From Bacteroidetes bacterium UKL13-3 (GTDB lineage: Bacteria > Bacteroidota > Bacteroidia > UKL13-3), in the NCBI GenBank assembly GCA_001602415.1, contig CP012155.1, forward strand, positions 1,914,223 through 1,978,222: 64,000 nucleotides of DNA, in the 5' to 3' direction. Below, in pieces: positions 49,151 through 58,607 of the stretch (position 1 is its first letter; each line of letters opens with the position of its first letter). The position numbers and the translations under genes are program-made. The notes under the pieces were generated by a model. The model was not told where the DNA came from. It did not search any database and was given only the letters and a program-made list of their open reading frames with translations.

Positions 49151-49190
49151 AAAACCCAATATTTTGTACCGGTACCATTTATTGGGTTTT
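49151..49190. promoter_or_regulatory. 40-bp dyad AAAACCCAATA…GTACCGGTAC…TATTGGGTTTT
   Basis: 11-bp perfect arms and a 10-bp central palindrome share one axis. Confidence 0.55.
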
Positions 49191-49230
49191 GGTAATATTG
49201 TTTATTTCAACAAAATAGGGATATTTGAAT

Positions 49231-49953
49231 ATGCCTCGTAAAGTAATAACCCTTGGTATAGCAGACGATATGCTGTTAGACCAGACAATGATTGAACACC
49301 ACATAAAAGCCTTAAAAAACACCTCTATCCTTTTTAGAAGTGGGAATGGAAAAGACTTATTGTACAAGCTCAATTATTTCAAACCAGATATCATTATTCT
49401 TGACTTATACATGCCTTTTATGAATGGTTGGGAAGTTTTGCATGAGTTAAAAGCAATACATTACAACGGCACCATCATTTGCACTTCAAATGCTTTTGAA
49501 CCCAACCTTGAGGGCAAACTCATTGCTTTTGGTGTGAAAGGTTTTGTTCCCAAACAAAGTGTAAATTTGGCTAAAGCCATTAATGAGGTTATGAATGGAA
49601 ATACTTATTTTGAAACCATTTTTATTGAATCAAAACATTCAATAACTGACCAATTTGAAGTAGAAATAAGTGGAAAAGAAATTAGCATTATTAATAAACT
49701 TGCCGAAGGAAAAGATTCGAAAACCATTGCAACAGAACTAGGAGGACTATCTGCTAATTCTGTTGATACCTATATCAAAAATTTATTGATCAATTTTAAA
49801 TGCAATACTCGCTCCCAGTTAGTAAGTTTGGGCCATGTTTATGGGTTAATTTATACCTTCGAACACTTAAAACATCTTCCAAAACCAAAACCAAAACCAA
49901 ACCTAACAGAAACAGAAACTAAAAGTGATACACTTCCTAGTAATTTATCATAA
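49231..49953 (+). CDS. NarL/LuxR-type response regulator (REC + HTH)
   Basis: IADD, IIILDLYMP.MNGWE (phospho-Asp), GVKGFVPK, LAEG.DSK.IA…TY.KNL..F.C..R.QLV. Confidence 0.9.
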   Translation: MPRKVITLGIADDMLLDQTMIEHHIKALKNTSILFRSGNGKDLLYKLNYFKPDIIILDLYMPFMNGWEVLHELKAIHYNGTIICTSNAFEPNLEGKLIAFGVKGFVPKQSVNLAKAINEVMNGNTYFETIFIESKHSITDQFEVEISGKEISIINKLAEGKDSKTIATELGGLSANSVDTYIKNLLINFKCNTRSQLVSLGHVYGLIYTFEHLKHLPKPKPKPNLTETETKSDTLPSNLS

Positions 49954-50034
49954 AATTCTATTTAGCATTAATACTGTAGCTTCGTCTTTGTTATTCAAAC
50001 CTTTTCGCAACTAATATCAGAAAAGCACTAGTGA

Positions 50035-50445
50035 TTACTCATCAATCACTCTACCCCGACCTACTTTAATTTCCGATACTTTTTTCTTTTGAGTTAATCG
50101 TTTTTGAACAGCTGATTTAGAAGGTTTAGTTGCCTTACGTTTTTTCCTAACCACAAAACATTTATTCAATGTGTGATACATCTTTCGGATAGCAATTTCT
50201 TTATTACCCAACTGTGTGCGCTCTGTTTGAGATACAATTTGTAACATACCCTCTTTGGATAGTTTACCTTCTAACTTTTGCAGCAACAATTCCTTCTCTT
50301 CAGTAGTCAATAAAACAGAATCGAGTATTGAAAAATCAATTTGCACTTTGGTAGATACCTTGTTTACGTTCTGCCCTCCTGCTCCTCCACTTCGGCTGGT
50401 TTTAAATAGAAATTCTTTATGTAAAAATGGGGCTTTAAAATGCAT
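50035..50445 (-). CDS. arfB: Alternative ribosome rescue peptidyl-tRNA hydrolase
   Basis: SRSGGAGGQNVNKVSTKV (GGQ motif), RTQLGNK, basic tail RKATKPS. Confidence 0.96.
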   Translation of the reverse strand: MHFKAPFLHKEFLFKTSRSGGAGGQNVNKVSTKVQIDFSILDSVLLTTEEKELLLQKLEGKLSKEGMLQIVSQTERTQLGNKEIAIRKMYHTLNKCFVVRKKRKATKPSKSAVQKRLTQKKKVSEIKVGRGRVIDE

Positions 50446-50447
50446 CG

Positions 50448-51119
50448 CTATTGTGGATTGTAGTTATACTCGAAACGGATTTGTTCGCGTGTTTTCTCCA
50501 ACACATTCACATCCATTTTAATATCGGTGTAAGGCCTGTTATTTGCATTTTGCGCCTGTTTCACAATACTATCAGCAAACTCCATTCCTTTGATGATTAA
50601 TCCAAAAACGGTATAATTTCCGTTTAAGCTCGATGTTCCAGCTTTGGGCAACACAATATAAAATTGTGACCCATTTGAAGCTTTAGCCGGATTGTTATCG
50701 CGAGCTGCACCAACAGCACCGTAAATGTGTTTTAATTTTGTTGCATTTATTTCGGCAGGAATTGTATATCCGGGGCCTCCTCTTCCATCATTGGTACTAT
50801 CAGCATCTTTTGAGTTGGGATCTCCACCCTGAATCACAAAATTGGCAACACAACGATGGAAAGTAGTATTGTCGAAATAATTGGAATCAGCCAACTTTAA
50901 AAAGTTAGCACGGTGTAAAGGAGTTTCTTTATAAAGCCACATATACATTGAACCAAAGGATGTTTTAATTTCAATAATCTTTTCAACGGTATCGGTTGAA
51001 CCATTGGTGGTACTTGAGGTGGTGGATGTTGTTGTAGGTTGGTTATCCGATGTTTCGTCTTTTTTACAGGCAACAAATGTTAAACACACTCCAATACAAA
51101 AAATAACTATTTGCTTCAT
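50448..51119 (-). CDS. Cyclophilin-type peptidyl-prolyl isomerase lipoprotein
   Basis: Lipobox FVAC; FHR…FVIQGGDP, GGPGYTIPAE, NGSQFYI, YTVFG. Start moved to MKQIV. Confidence 0.95.
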   Translation of the reverse strand: MKQIVIFCIGVCLTFVACKKDETSDNQPTTTSTTSSTTNGSTDTVEKIIEIKTSFGSMYMWLYKETPLHRANFLKLADSNYFDNTTFHRCVANFVIQGGDPNSKDADSTNDGRGGPGYTIPAEINATKLKHIYGAVGAARDNNPAKASNGSQFYIVLPKAGTSSLNGNYTVFGLIIKGMEFADSIVKQAQNANNRPYTDIKMDVNVLEKTREQIRFEYNYNPQ

Positions 51120-51150
51120 ATCAATGAATTTTAACGAAGATAACAAAAAC

Positions 51151-51181
51151 AAAAAAAAGGCACAGTGAAATTCACCATGCC
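51151..51181 (-). terminator. Intrinsic terminator after clpB
   Basis: Minus strand reads GGCATGGTGAA/TTCACTGTGCC followed by T8. Confidence 0.8.
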
Positions 51182-51207
51182 CGTGTTATATTGATTACCG
51201 ATTTGAT

Positions 51208-51257
51208 AGCCACAGATTACGCAAATTCAATTATTTACATTCACGTAATCTGTGGCT
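51208..51257. repeat. 14-bp perfect inverted repeat AGCCACAGATTACG / CGTAATCTGTGGCT with a 22-nt loop
   Basis: Read directly; the 12-mer GCCACAGATTAC recurs at 35980-35991. Confidence 0.85.
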
Positions 51258-51265
51258 TATAAAGT

Positions 51266-53875
51266 TTAACCGTTTGAGTGATTAGCAAACTCAAACTGTT
51301 GTTTATCATTTAGTGATATCAATATAGATGAATCTTTTTTGATACTTCCCATCAGAATGGCTTTCGATAACTCATTCAAAATACGTTTTTGTAAAACCCT
51401 CTTGAGTGGGCGTGCACCAAACTGGGGGTCGTAGCCTAACTGAGCTAGCCAATCCATTGCTTCCTCAGTTATATCCAATATTATTCCCTGCTCACCAATA
51501 TTGGCTTTGATTCCCTTAAACTGGATATTCACTATCTCTCTCACGTCCTCTCTACTAAGTGGCGTAAACATCATCACATCATCAATCCTGTTTAAAAACT
51601 CTGGACGAATAGTATGTTTCAACAACTCCATTACTCCTGCTTTTGCTTCGGCAATTTTTTCGTCTTTATTGAACTCATTATAATCTTCAAACTTTTCCTG
51701 AATAATATGCGAACCGATATTAGACGTCATAATGATGATGGTATTTTTAAAATTAGCCATTCTTCCTTTGTTATCCGTTAATCTTCCATCATCTAATACT
51801 TGCAGTAAAATATTAAATACATCAGGATGGGCTTTTTCAATTTCATCCAACAAGATCACTGAATATGGCCTTCTGCGCACTGCTTCGGTTAATTGTCCAC
51901 CTTCCTCATACCCAACATATCCTGGAGGCGCTCCAATTAAACGACTAACGGTATGTTTCTCTTGATATTCACTCATATCAATCCGCACCATCGAATTTTC
52001 CTGATTAAATAAATACTCGGCAAGAGCCTTAGCCAACTCTGTTTTTCCCACACCGGTTGTTCCTAAAAAGATGAATGAACCAATTGGTTTTTTAGGATCA
52101 CTCAACCCAGCTCTACTCCTACGAATAGCATCCGAAATGGCTTCAATTGCTTCTTCCTGTCCAACCACGCGTTTGTGCAATTCATCTTCCAAGTGTAATA
52201 ATTTTTCGCGTTCACTTTGTAACATTCGGGTTACCGGTATACCAGTCCAGCGTGCCACTACATCCGCAATATCTTCACTGGTTACTTCTTCTTTTACCAT
52301 GGCACTATCGCCTTGCTGTTCAATCAACTTTTGCTGAAAATCTTGAAGGCGTGCCTCTGCCTCTTTTACCTTACCATATCTGATTTCGGCCACCTTTGCG
52401 AAATCACCATTACGTTCGGCCAATTCTGCTTCATGCTTCAAGTTTTCAATTTCTTGTTTGGTTTGTTGAATACCATCAACCACTTGCTTTTCACTCTGCC
52501 ATTTGGCCTTGAGTGAGTTTTTCTCTGATTGCAGATTGGATAAATCTTCACTCAACTGTTTTACCTTATCTGTGTCGCCTTCACGTTTGATAGCCTCACG
52601 TTCAATTTCCAATTGCATAATTTTGCGTTCCAACTGATCCAGTTCCTCAGGAACAGAATCGATTTCCAAGCGTAATTTAGAGGCTGCTTCATCCATCAAA
52701 TCAATGGCCTTATCGGGTAAAAAACGATCGCTGATATAACGTTGCGATAATTCCACCGCTGCAATAATTGCTTCATCTTTAATTCTAACTTTATGATGCA
52801 CTTCGTAACGCTCCTTTAATCCACGTAAAATAGAAATCGCACTTTCGGTATCGGGCTCTTCCACGTATACTTTTTGGAAGCGTCTCTCCAATGCTTTATC
52901 TTTTTCAATATACCGTTGATATTCTGCTAATGTAGTTGCACCAATAGAACGTAACTCTCCACGAGCCAATGCAGGTTTTAAGATATTAGCGGCATCCATT
53001 GCTCCTTCGCCTCCTCCACCTGCACCTACTAATGTGTGTATTTCATCAATAAACAATACAATTTCGCCATCACTATCAATCACTTCTTTCACTACTGCTT
53101 TTAGGCGTTCTTCAAACTCACCCTTGTATTTAGCACCAGCAATGAGGGAACCCATATCGAGTGAAAAAATTTGTTTCGATTTTAAATTCTCCGGAACATC
53201 TCCACTTACAATACGGTGAGCCAACCCTTCCGCAATTGCTGTTTTACCAACGCCAGGCTCACCTATAAGTACTGGGTTATTTTTGGTTCTGCGCGACAAG
53301 ATTTGAAGCACTCGCCTAATTTCTTCATCACGCCCAATAACAGGATCTAACCGTCCGGCCTTGGCCAATTCATTTAAGTTCTTTGCGTATTTGTTCAACG
53401 CATTGTATTGCGCTTCAGCTCCTTGAGACGTTACTTTTTTATCGCCACGCAGTTCATTTATGGCCTTCTTCAAATCCTTCTCATTTACTCCCGCATCCTT
53501 TAACAAAGTTGACACCGAATCTCCTGCATTAAGCAATCCAAGCAACAACAATTCAACTGCTACAAACTCATCACCAAATTCTTTTAAAAACGACTGTGCC
53601 TTTGTAATAGCTTGATTGGCTGAAGTGCTTAAATACTGCCCCGAACCTCCAGAAACTTTAGGATAACCGAAAATTACTGCATCAACAGTCTGCTCCAATC
53701 GTGTTGGGTTTACGTTTAGTTTTTTGAGTAAAAAGGAAATGACATTTTCATCTGTTTCGAGCAAGGCTTTAAGTAAGTGACCCGTTTCGATGGATTGATG
53801 TCCGTTGCCTGCTGCAACCTGTTGAGCATGTTGAACGGCTTCTTGTGATTTAATTGTAAAGTTATTGATATTCAT
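51266..53875 (-). CDS. clpB: ATP-dependent chaperone ClpB
   Basis: Two AAA modules ([16 protein letters not shown]), M-domain coiled coil, GARPLKR. Confidence 0.98.
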   Translation of the reverse strand: MNINNFTIKSQEAVQHAQQVAAGNGHQSIETGHLLKALLETDENVISFLLKKLNVNPTRLEQTVDAVIFGYPKVSGGSGQYLSTSANQAITKAQSFLKEFGDEFVAVELLLLGLLNAGDSVSTLLKDAGVNEKDLKKAINELRGDKKVTSQGAEAQYNALNKYAKNLNELAKAGRLDPVIGRDEEIRRVLQILSRRTKNNPVLIGEPGVGKTAIAEGLAHRIVSGDVPENLKSKQIFSLDMGSLIAGAKYKGEFEERLKAVVKEVIDSDGEIVLFIDEIHTLVGAGGGGEGAMDAANILKPALARGELRSIGATTLAEYQRYIEKDKALERRFQKVYVEEPDTESAISILRGLKERYEVHHKVRIKDEAIIAAVELSQRYISDRFLPDKAIDLMDEAASKLRLEIDSVPEELDQLERKIMQLEIEREAIKREGDTDKVKQLSEDLSNLQSEKNSLKAKWQSEKQVVDGIQQTKQEIENLKHEAELAERNGDFAKVAEIRYGKVKEAEARLQDFQQKLIEQQGDSAMVKEEVTSEDIADVVARWTGIPVTRMLQSEREKLLHLEDELHKRVVGQEEAIEAISDAIRRSRAGLSDPKKPIGSFIFLGTTGVGKTELAKALAEYLFNQENSMVRIDMSEYQEKHTVSRLIGAPPGYVGYEEGGQLTEAVRRRPYSVILLDEIEKAHPDVFNILLQVLDDGRLTDNKGRMANFKNTIIIMTSNIGSHIIQEKFEDYNEFNKDEKIAEAKAGVMELLKHTIRPEFLNRIDDVMMFTPLSREDVREIVNIQFKGIKANIGEQGIILDITEEAMDWLAQLGYDPQFGARPLKRVLQKRILNELSKAILMGSIKKDSSILISLNDKQQFEFANHSNG

Positions 53876-54066
53876 GTGCGTTGTTTTTTCTAAAGAGTGT
53901 TTTGATTAGAAGAATATTATGTCCCCCAAAAATCGGCTGATTAACATACAAAACATTACAGTTTGCTGTGATTATCTTACATCAAAATCAGTTTCTCTTC
54001 TATGCTCAAAAGCCTTTCCAATAGCTATTTTGCGGAAATATTGGCGTAACAAAACAGTTATAAATG

Positions 54067-54101
54067 AAAAGTTGGCTTGAATCAACGATTCAAACCAACT
54101 T
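54067..54101 (-). terminator. Terminator after the outer-membrane barrel gene
   Basis: AAGTTGG(C/T)TTGAATC arms (14 of 15 match), 3-nt loop, T-run on the minus strand. Confidence 0.75.
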
Positions 54102-54143
54102 GTTTCTTAACTTTTGAGCCAAAACGGCTTGTTATGTTTATCC

Positions 54144-55022
54144 CTATATTTTAAAAATAACACCACCCCTCACACCAACACTTGAAAAATTCATTCCTTG
54201 AATAACACTTTTATCGGGACTTTTAGGATCTTGATTGGTACCATTTACTGAAGTATTGGTATACGACTCTTCATAAACAGTTTCTTTTTCACTTACCGAT
54301 AAGTTTGGCAACTGATCAATTCCATTTTGAGTATATTTTGTAACCTCCGATTTTGTTGGATTAAATTGTAGAAGATTTAAAGCCACCTCCCCGAATAAAG
54401 ATACTTTAGGAGAGATCAATTTTTCAAACCCCAATGCAGTGTATGCTCCTAATGAAATGTTGCCAGTTAATTCCTCTACTCTTTCACTAGAATTTGTTTG
54501 ATTACCGGAAGTGTTATTGCGCAGCACTTTAGTTGTGATTGTTGACAGTCCCATAAGCACTCCAGCCTTTGAGTAAACATTCCCTTGAGCTAATGGAATA
54601 CTGTATTTAACACCTCCCGAAAAACAAGACAACGTACTGTTAAAAGTTAAATCCGATATACTCGAGCTGCTAAGGTTTCCATTATTTGAATTGGTTGATG
54701 TTGAATTACTTGCAAACGAACTTGCAAAAAACTGATTGAAGCTAACCTCAACGGCTATGTTTGATGTAAAACCATACCCTGCCAATATTCCTGCATTTGC
54801 TCCCGAACCATAGTTTGCATATACCTTCTCTGCCTCATCTACATAAGTGCTTCCGCTCATGTTGGAATTTCCTGTTGATTTACGGTTTAGTGTTACAACT
54901 TGTTTCAAAAACGATAAGCTATAACCGCCATGTGCTCCAACGTAAAAACCTTGACCTTTGCTTTGGAAGACCACTAATAATAGTAGCGCTACAATAATTG
55001 CACTTATGACTTGAACTTACAT
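54144..55022 (-). pseudogene. Outer-membrane beta-barrel protein with TAA at codon 2
   Basis: ATG(55022)-TAA-GTT CAA GTC… gives M*VQVISAIIVALLLLVVFQSKGQ-GFYV, a complete signal peptide in frame with the barrel ORF 54144-54974. Confidence 0.75.
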
Positions 55023-55045
55023 TTTGTTTAAGGTGATTTTAGTTA

Positions 55046-56146
55046 CTATTTTTTCGAATTGTAGCCAACCGAAATACCCACTCTAAAGCCTTCGTTGGTA
55101 GGAATAGTAACCCACAGATTAACCGGAATATTCATCTTGCCCGACTTAACCGTTTTACCAATACCAAATACCAGAGCCGATGTAAACTTGGTTATTCCAT
55201 CTTTATGTAAAACATCTTCTGAATCTTTTGTAGGAAGCCCCATTTTACTGAGTTCGTCTTCTGTATAGTATACACCATTTACTTTTTGCATTTTGGTATA
55301 CGAACCCAACCCTATAGATGGACCAATAGCTAATTCCCATCCTGTTTTATTGTTTCTGAAACCATTTAATATGGTTATACTGGGGATAAACATTTGTTGA
55401 TCAACTCCGGTAATCATTGGAATAAATTCAAACAAAGCCTGATAATTACCTTCATTTAAATATTGTTTTTCAAATTGATAGCCAAACTGAAACATAGCAG
55501 GATTGGCATCAAACCCTCCACTTGTTTTGGAAGCGCGCAAACGTTCCGACATTTGCCCGAAAATAAATGCATAACCAAAACGTGGTCCTTGTAAGTTTAA
55601 TCTGGCTTTATCGGGATTATTAATGGTATTCTCATAGTCAAACTTCTTAGTTAAGCGTGTTTCCATTTCTTCATCCACTTTACGTCCAAACATCTTTTGA
55701 ACAGAAATAGCTGCCATTCCCTGCAATTCAAGCGGTAAATTCAAATACTCGTTTACCAGGGTGCGTTCAACGGTTTCATCTTTTACATTAATGAGCCTAA
55801 ATGTGGAAATAATCGTTTGCCCATACAATTCAACACTTCCGGTAAACATGTAATCGGATTGCAGTACTTTACCAACCTCAACCAAACAAGATTTGCCGTA
55901 ACAATTAGCTATGTTCAATTTGTTTTTCTCCACTAGTGAAACTACGTCATACCTATCTGTAACATCAAACGTGTCTAATTTTTCCAATTCGATGCGTACG
56001 AGGTTTCCCATTTGTTGGGCATCTAATGGAACACCTTTTGTTTCGATATTTAAAACAGTAATGGAAGGTCGTTTAGCAAAAGTTGCTACTGAGAGTAAGC
56101 AAACCATTAAAACGATAATGGCAATGCGAGTAATGTTTATTTTCAT
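55046..56146 (-). CDS. Secreted hypothetical protein (N-terminal CsgG/TolB-N-like alpha/beta domain, C-terminal beta-rich GPRFG domain)
   Basis: Start moved to MKINIT; signal peptide (ATFA-K); DRYDV…C…C..EVGK…DYMFTGSV; LQGPRFG…FQFGYQFE…PSITILNG. Confidence 0.7.
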   Translation of the reverse strand: MKINITRIAIIVLMVCLLSVATFAKRPSITVLNIETKGVPLDAQQMGNLVRIELEKLDTFDVTDRYDVVSLVEKNKLNIANCYGKSCLVEVGKVLQSDYMFTGSVELYGQTIISTFRLINVKDETVERTLVNEYLNLPLELQGMAAISVQKMFGRKVDEEMETRLTKKFDYENTINNPDKARLNLQGPRFGYAFIFGQMSERLRASKTSGGFDANPAMFQFGYQFEKQYLNEGNYQALFEFIPMITGVDQQMFIPSITILNGFRNNKTGWELAIGPSIGLGSYTKMQKVNGVYYTEDELSKMGLPTKDSEDVLHKDGITKFTSALVFGIGKTVKSGKMNIPVNLWVTIPTNEGFRVGISVGYNSKK

Positions 56147-56167
56147 ATTTGTTTCGATTTGATGGCA

Positions 56168-56190
56168 CAAAAGTATTTAAGCTTAAGTAC
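56168..56190 (-). promoter_or_regulatory. -7 element TACTTTTG (56175-56168) overlapped by the 18-bp dyad GTATTTAAGCTTAAGTAC (56173-56190)
   Basis: Exact promoter consensus on the minus strand; dyad has 8 of 9 pairs. Confidence 0.6.
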
Positions 56191-56339
56191 CTACTAAAAC
56201 GATAGTATGCCTTATGCCAAAGTAAATTTGGTGAATTTTACTGCTTTAAACTAGCATTTCGTATTTTTTTGCATTTTCTGCAAATACTTCGTTACAATTT
56301 GTATTTTGCACAAGTAAAGCCTACGTAAACAACATTAAG

Positions 56340-57335
56340 ATGACCACTGCCAAAGAAATTCAACTCTCATTTTTTCAAAAAGTAAAAGCAGCACTGCCAG
56401 CAAATATTTCATTGGTAGATGAACTTGCCGATTTGCTCAATACCAGTAATGATAGTGCGTACAGAAGACTCAGGGGAGAAACACTACTAGGAATAGATGA
56501 AATTGCTACTATTTGTACGCATTTTAAAGTGCCATTTGATGCAAACTCAAACACACATGAAGAAACCGTAACCTTTAGTTATAACCGATTGCGAAACAGC
56601 GAAAATGGCTTTCAAAATTGGCTTAAAATAATGAGTGGAGATGTTAAACGTATTGCCAGTATACCCGGTAGTAATATCTTATATGCCTCGGATGATGTTC
56701 CGCCTTGGCATCATTTTACGAATGATGAGTTGATTTGTTTTAAGATTTTTTATTGGCAAAAAAGCATTTTGAATGCCCCTGAGTTCCAAAATAAAGACTT
56801 TGACACAGCCCTTATTCCTAAGGAGTACATTGAACAAGCCAAAGAAATGTTGAACGATTACAACAAGATTACATCAACCGAAATTTGGACAGAGGATACA
56901 CTTAACAGCACACTCAAACAAGTTGAATACTTTTGGGAAAGCGGATTTTTTAAGAACAAAGAAACTGCAATAAGGATGTGTGATCATATTTCGGAAGAGA
57001 TAAATTTATTAAAGCTGAAGGCTGAAAAACAATCGAAATTGGTAGCAAAACATGAGAGTGGCGAAACTAATTTTACACTATATCAGAGTGAGGTAATGGT
57101 GGGAAACAATAGCATTTTGGTAACCATTGGCAACCATAAAATTGCTTACGTGAGCAACAATACTTTTAATATGATGAGCACCTTGAATACCGGATTTATT
57201 GAAGAAAGCGACCTCTGGCTTAAAAACCTTACCCACAAATCAATACTCATTAGTGGTGTAAACGAAAAACAACGCAACCGCTTTTTTAAGGTGCTAAAAG
57301 ACAAAATTGAAGCACTCAAAAGCCGTATCAAATAA
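56340..57335 (+). CDS. Transcriptional regulator, N-terminal XRE/BetR-like HTH plus uncharacterised C-terminal domain
   Basis: LVDELADLLNTSNDSAYRRLRGETLL HTH; divergent from the secreted-protein operon. Confidence 0.8.
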   Translation: MTTAKEIQLSFFQKVKAALPANISLVDELADLLNTSNDSAYRRLRGETLLGIDEIATICTHFKVPFDANSNTHEETVTFSYNRLRNSENGFQNWLKIMSGDVKRIASIPGSNILYASDDVPPWHHFTNDELICFKIFYWQKSILNAPEFQNKDFDTALIPKEYIEQAKEMLNDYNKITSTEIWTEDTLNSTLKQVEYFWESGFFKNKETAIRMCDHISEEINLLKLKAEKQSKLVAKHESGETNFTLYQSEVMVGNNSILVTIGNHKIAYVSNNTFNMMSTLNTGFIEESDLWLKNLTHKSILISGVNEKQRNRFFKVLKDKIEALKSRIK

Positions 57336-57370
57336 GTCATTACCTATTATATTCGCATTTTGAACTAAAC

Positions 57371-58561
57371 ATGAATTTAGCAAACCGTGTAAATTACATA
57401 AACGAACCTCAAACAATTGCAATGGCCAAACTTAGCAGAGAGCTCGCTGCTAAAGGGTATGATGTGATTAGTTTAAGTTTGGGAGAGCCCGACTTTACAA
57501 CTCCTGCGCATATTAAGGATGCAGCAAAAAAAGCCATTGACGATAATTTCTCTTACTATACTCCTGTTGCTGGTATTCCAGAATTGCGAGAAGCCATCGT
57601 GCGCAAATTCAAGCGTGATAACAACCTTGATTTTTCAATTGATAACATCATTGTATCAACAGGAGCCAAACACAGTATCATGAATGTGATTATGGCTTTA
57701 GTAAACAAAGGTGATGAAGTTATTATTCCAACGCCATATTGGGTAAGTTATTCAGAAATGGTGCGTTTGATGGAAGGTGAACCTGTATTTATTAATGCTA
57801 CCGTTGAACAACAATATAAAATTACACCCGCACAGCTAGAAGCCGCTATTACTCCACAAAGTAAGGCATTCATTTTTTCTTCACCATGCAATCCTACAGG
57901 AAGTGTATACAGCAAAGAAGAGTTAGCTGCATTAGTTGATGTGTTCGAAAAACATCCCAACATTTACATCATTGCTGATGAGATTTATGAGTTTATCAAT
58001 TTTGTAGGTAAGCATGAAAGCATTGCTCAGTTTGATAGTATTAAAGAACGTGTAATTACCATTAACGGCTTATCAAAAGGGTATGCTATGACAGGCTGGC
58101 GACTAGGCTACATGGCTGCAAATACAGCTATTGCGAAAGCCTGCGAAAAAATCCAGAGTCAGTATACTTCGGCTACAAGCAGTATTACACAAAAAGCGGC
58201 AGTTGCAGCTTTGGATGGAGATATGAAACCAAGCATGGAAATGGTTAAAGCTTTTAAAAGAAGACGTAATCTTATCTTAGAAGAAGTGAAAAACATTCCG
58301 CATTGGATATGCAACAACCCCGATGGGGCATTTTATTTGTTCCCAGACATTAGTTACTATTTCGGAAAAACGTTTGAAGGTAAAACCATACAAACTGCAA
58401 CAGATTTATGCATGTATTTGCTACATAACGCTCACGTAAGTATGGTAACAGGTGAGGCTTTTGGTGCTCCTCAGTGCCTCCGAATTAGTTATGCAACAAG
58501 TGATGAAAAAATCATTGAAGCCATGCGGAGAATCAAAGTTGCACTCGACCAACTGATTTAA
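57371..58561 (+). CDS. aspC: Aspartate aminotransferase-like (class I/II PLP)
   Basis: GEPDF, STGAK, SPCNPTG, DEIYE, GLSKGYAMTGWRLGY, RISYA. Confidence 0.88.
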   Translation: MNLANRVNYINEPQTIAMAKLSRELAAKGYDVISLSLGEPDFTTPAHIKDAAKKAIDDNFSYYTPVAGIPELREAIVRKFKRDNNLDFSIDNIIVSTGAKHSIMNVIMALVNKGDEVIIPTPYWVSYSEMVRLMEGEPVFINATVEQQYKITPAQLEAAITPQSKAFIFSSPCNPTGSVYSKEELAALVDVFEKHPNIYIIADEIYEFINFVGKHESIAQFDSIKERVITINGLSKGYAMTGWRLGYMAANTAIAKACEKIQSQYTSATSSITQKAAVAALDGDMKPSMEMVKAFKRRRNLILEEVKNIPHWICNNPDGAFYLFPDISYYFGKTFEGKTIQTATDLCMYLLHNAHVSMVTGEAFGAPQCLRISYATSDEKIIEAMRRIKVALDQLI

Positions 58562-58607
58562 TAACAAGATAAAAAAATTAATTAATCCATAACTCAACAA
58601 CACAAGA

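Noticed and set aside
49879-49902. (CCAAAA)3 repeat in the regulator tail as a phase switch
   Set aside because: The 6-nt unit preserves the frame and lies after the HTH in a low-complexity tail.
45619-49953. RiPP/bacteriocin biosynthetic cluster
   Set aside because: No radical-SAM, lanthipeptide, YcaO or peptidase-containing exporter gene and no short double-Gly precursor was seen. The nearby ABC fragment lacks its N-terminal part, so it is uninformative.
17396-49953. Broken kinase as the cognate partner of the island's response regulator
   Set aside because: They are 30 kb apart with no evidence of pairing; many other kinases could exist outside the window.
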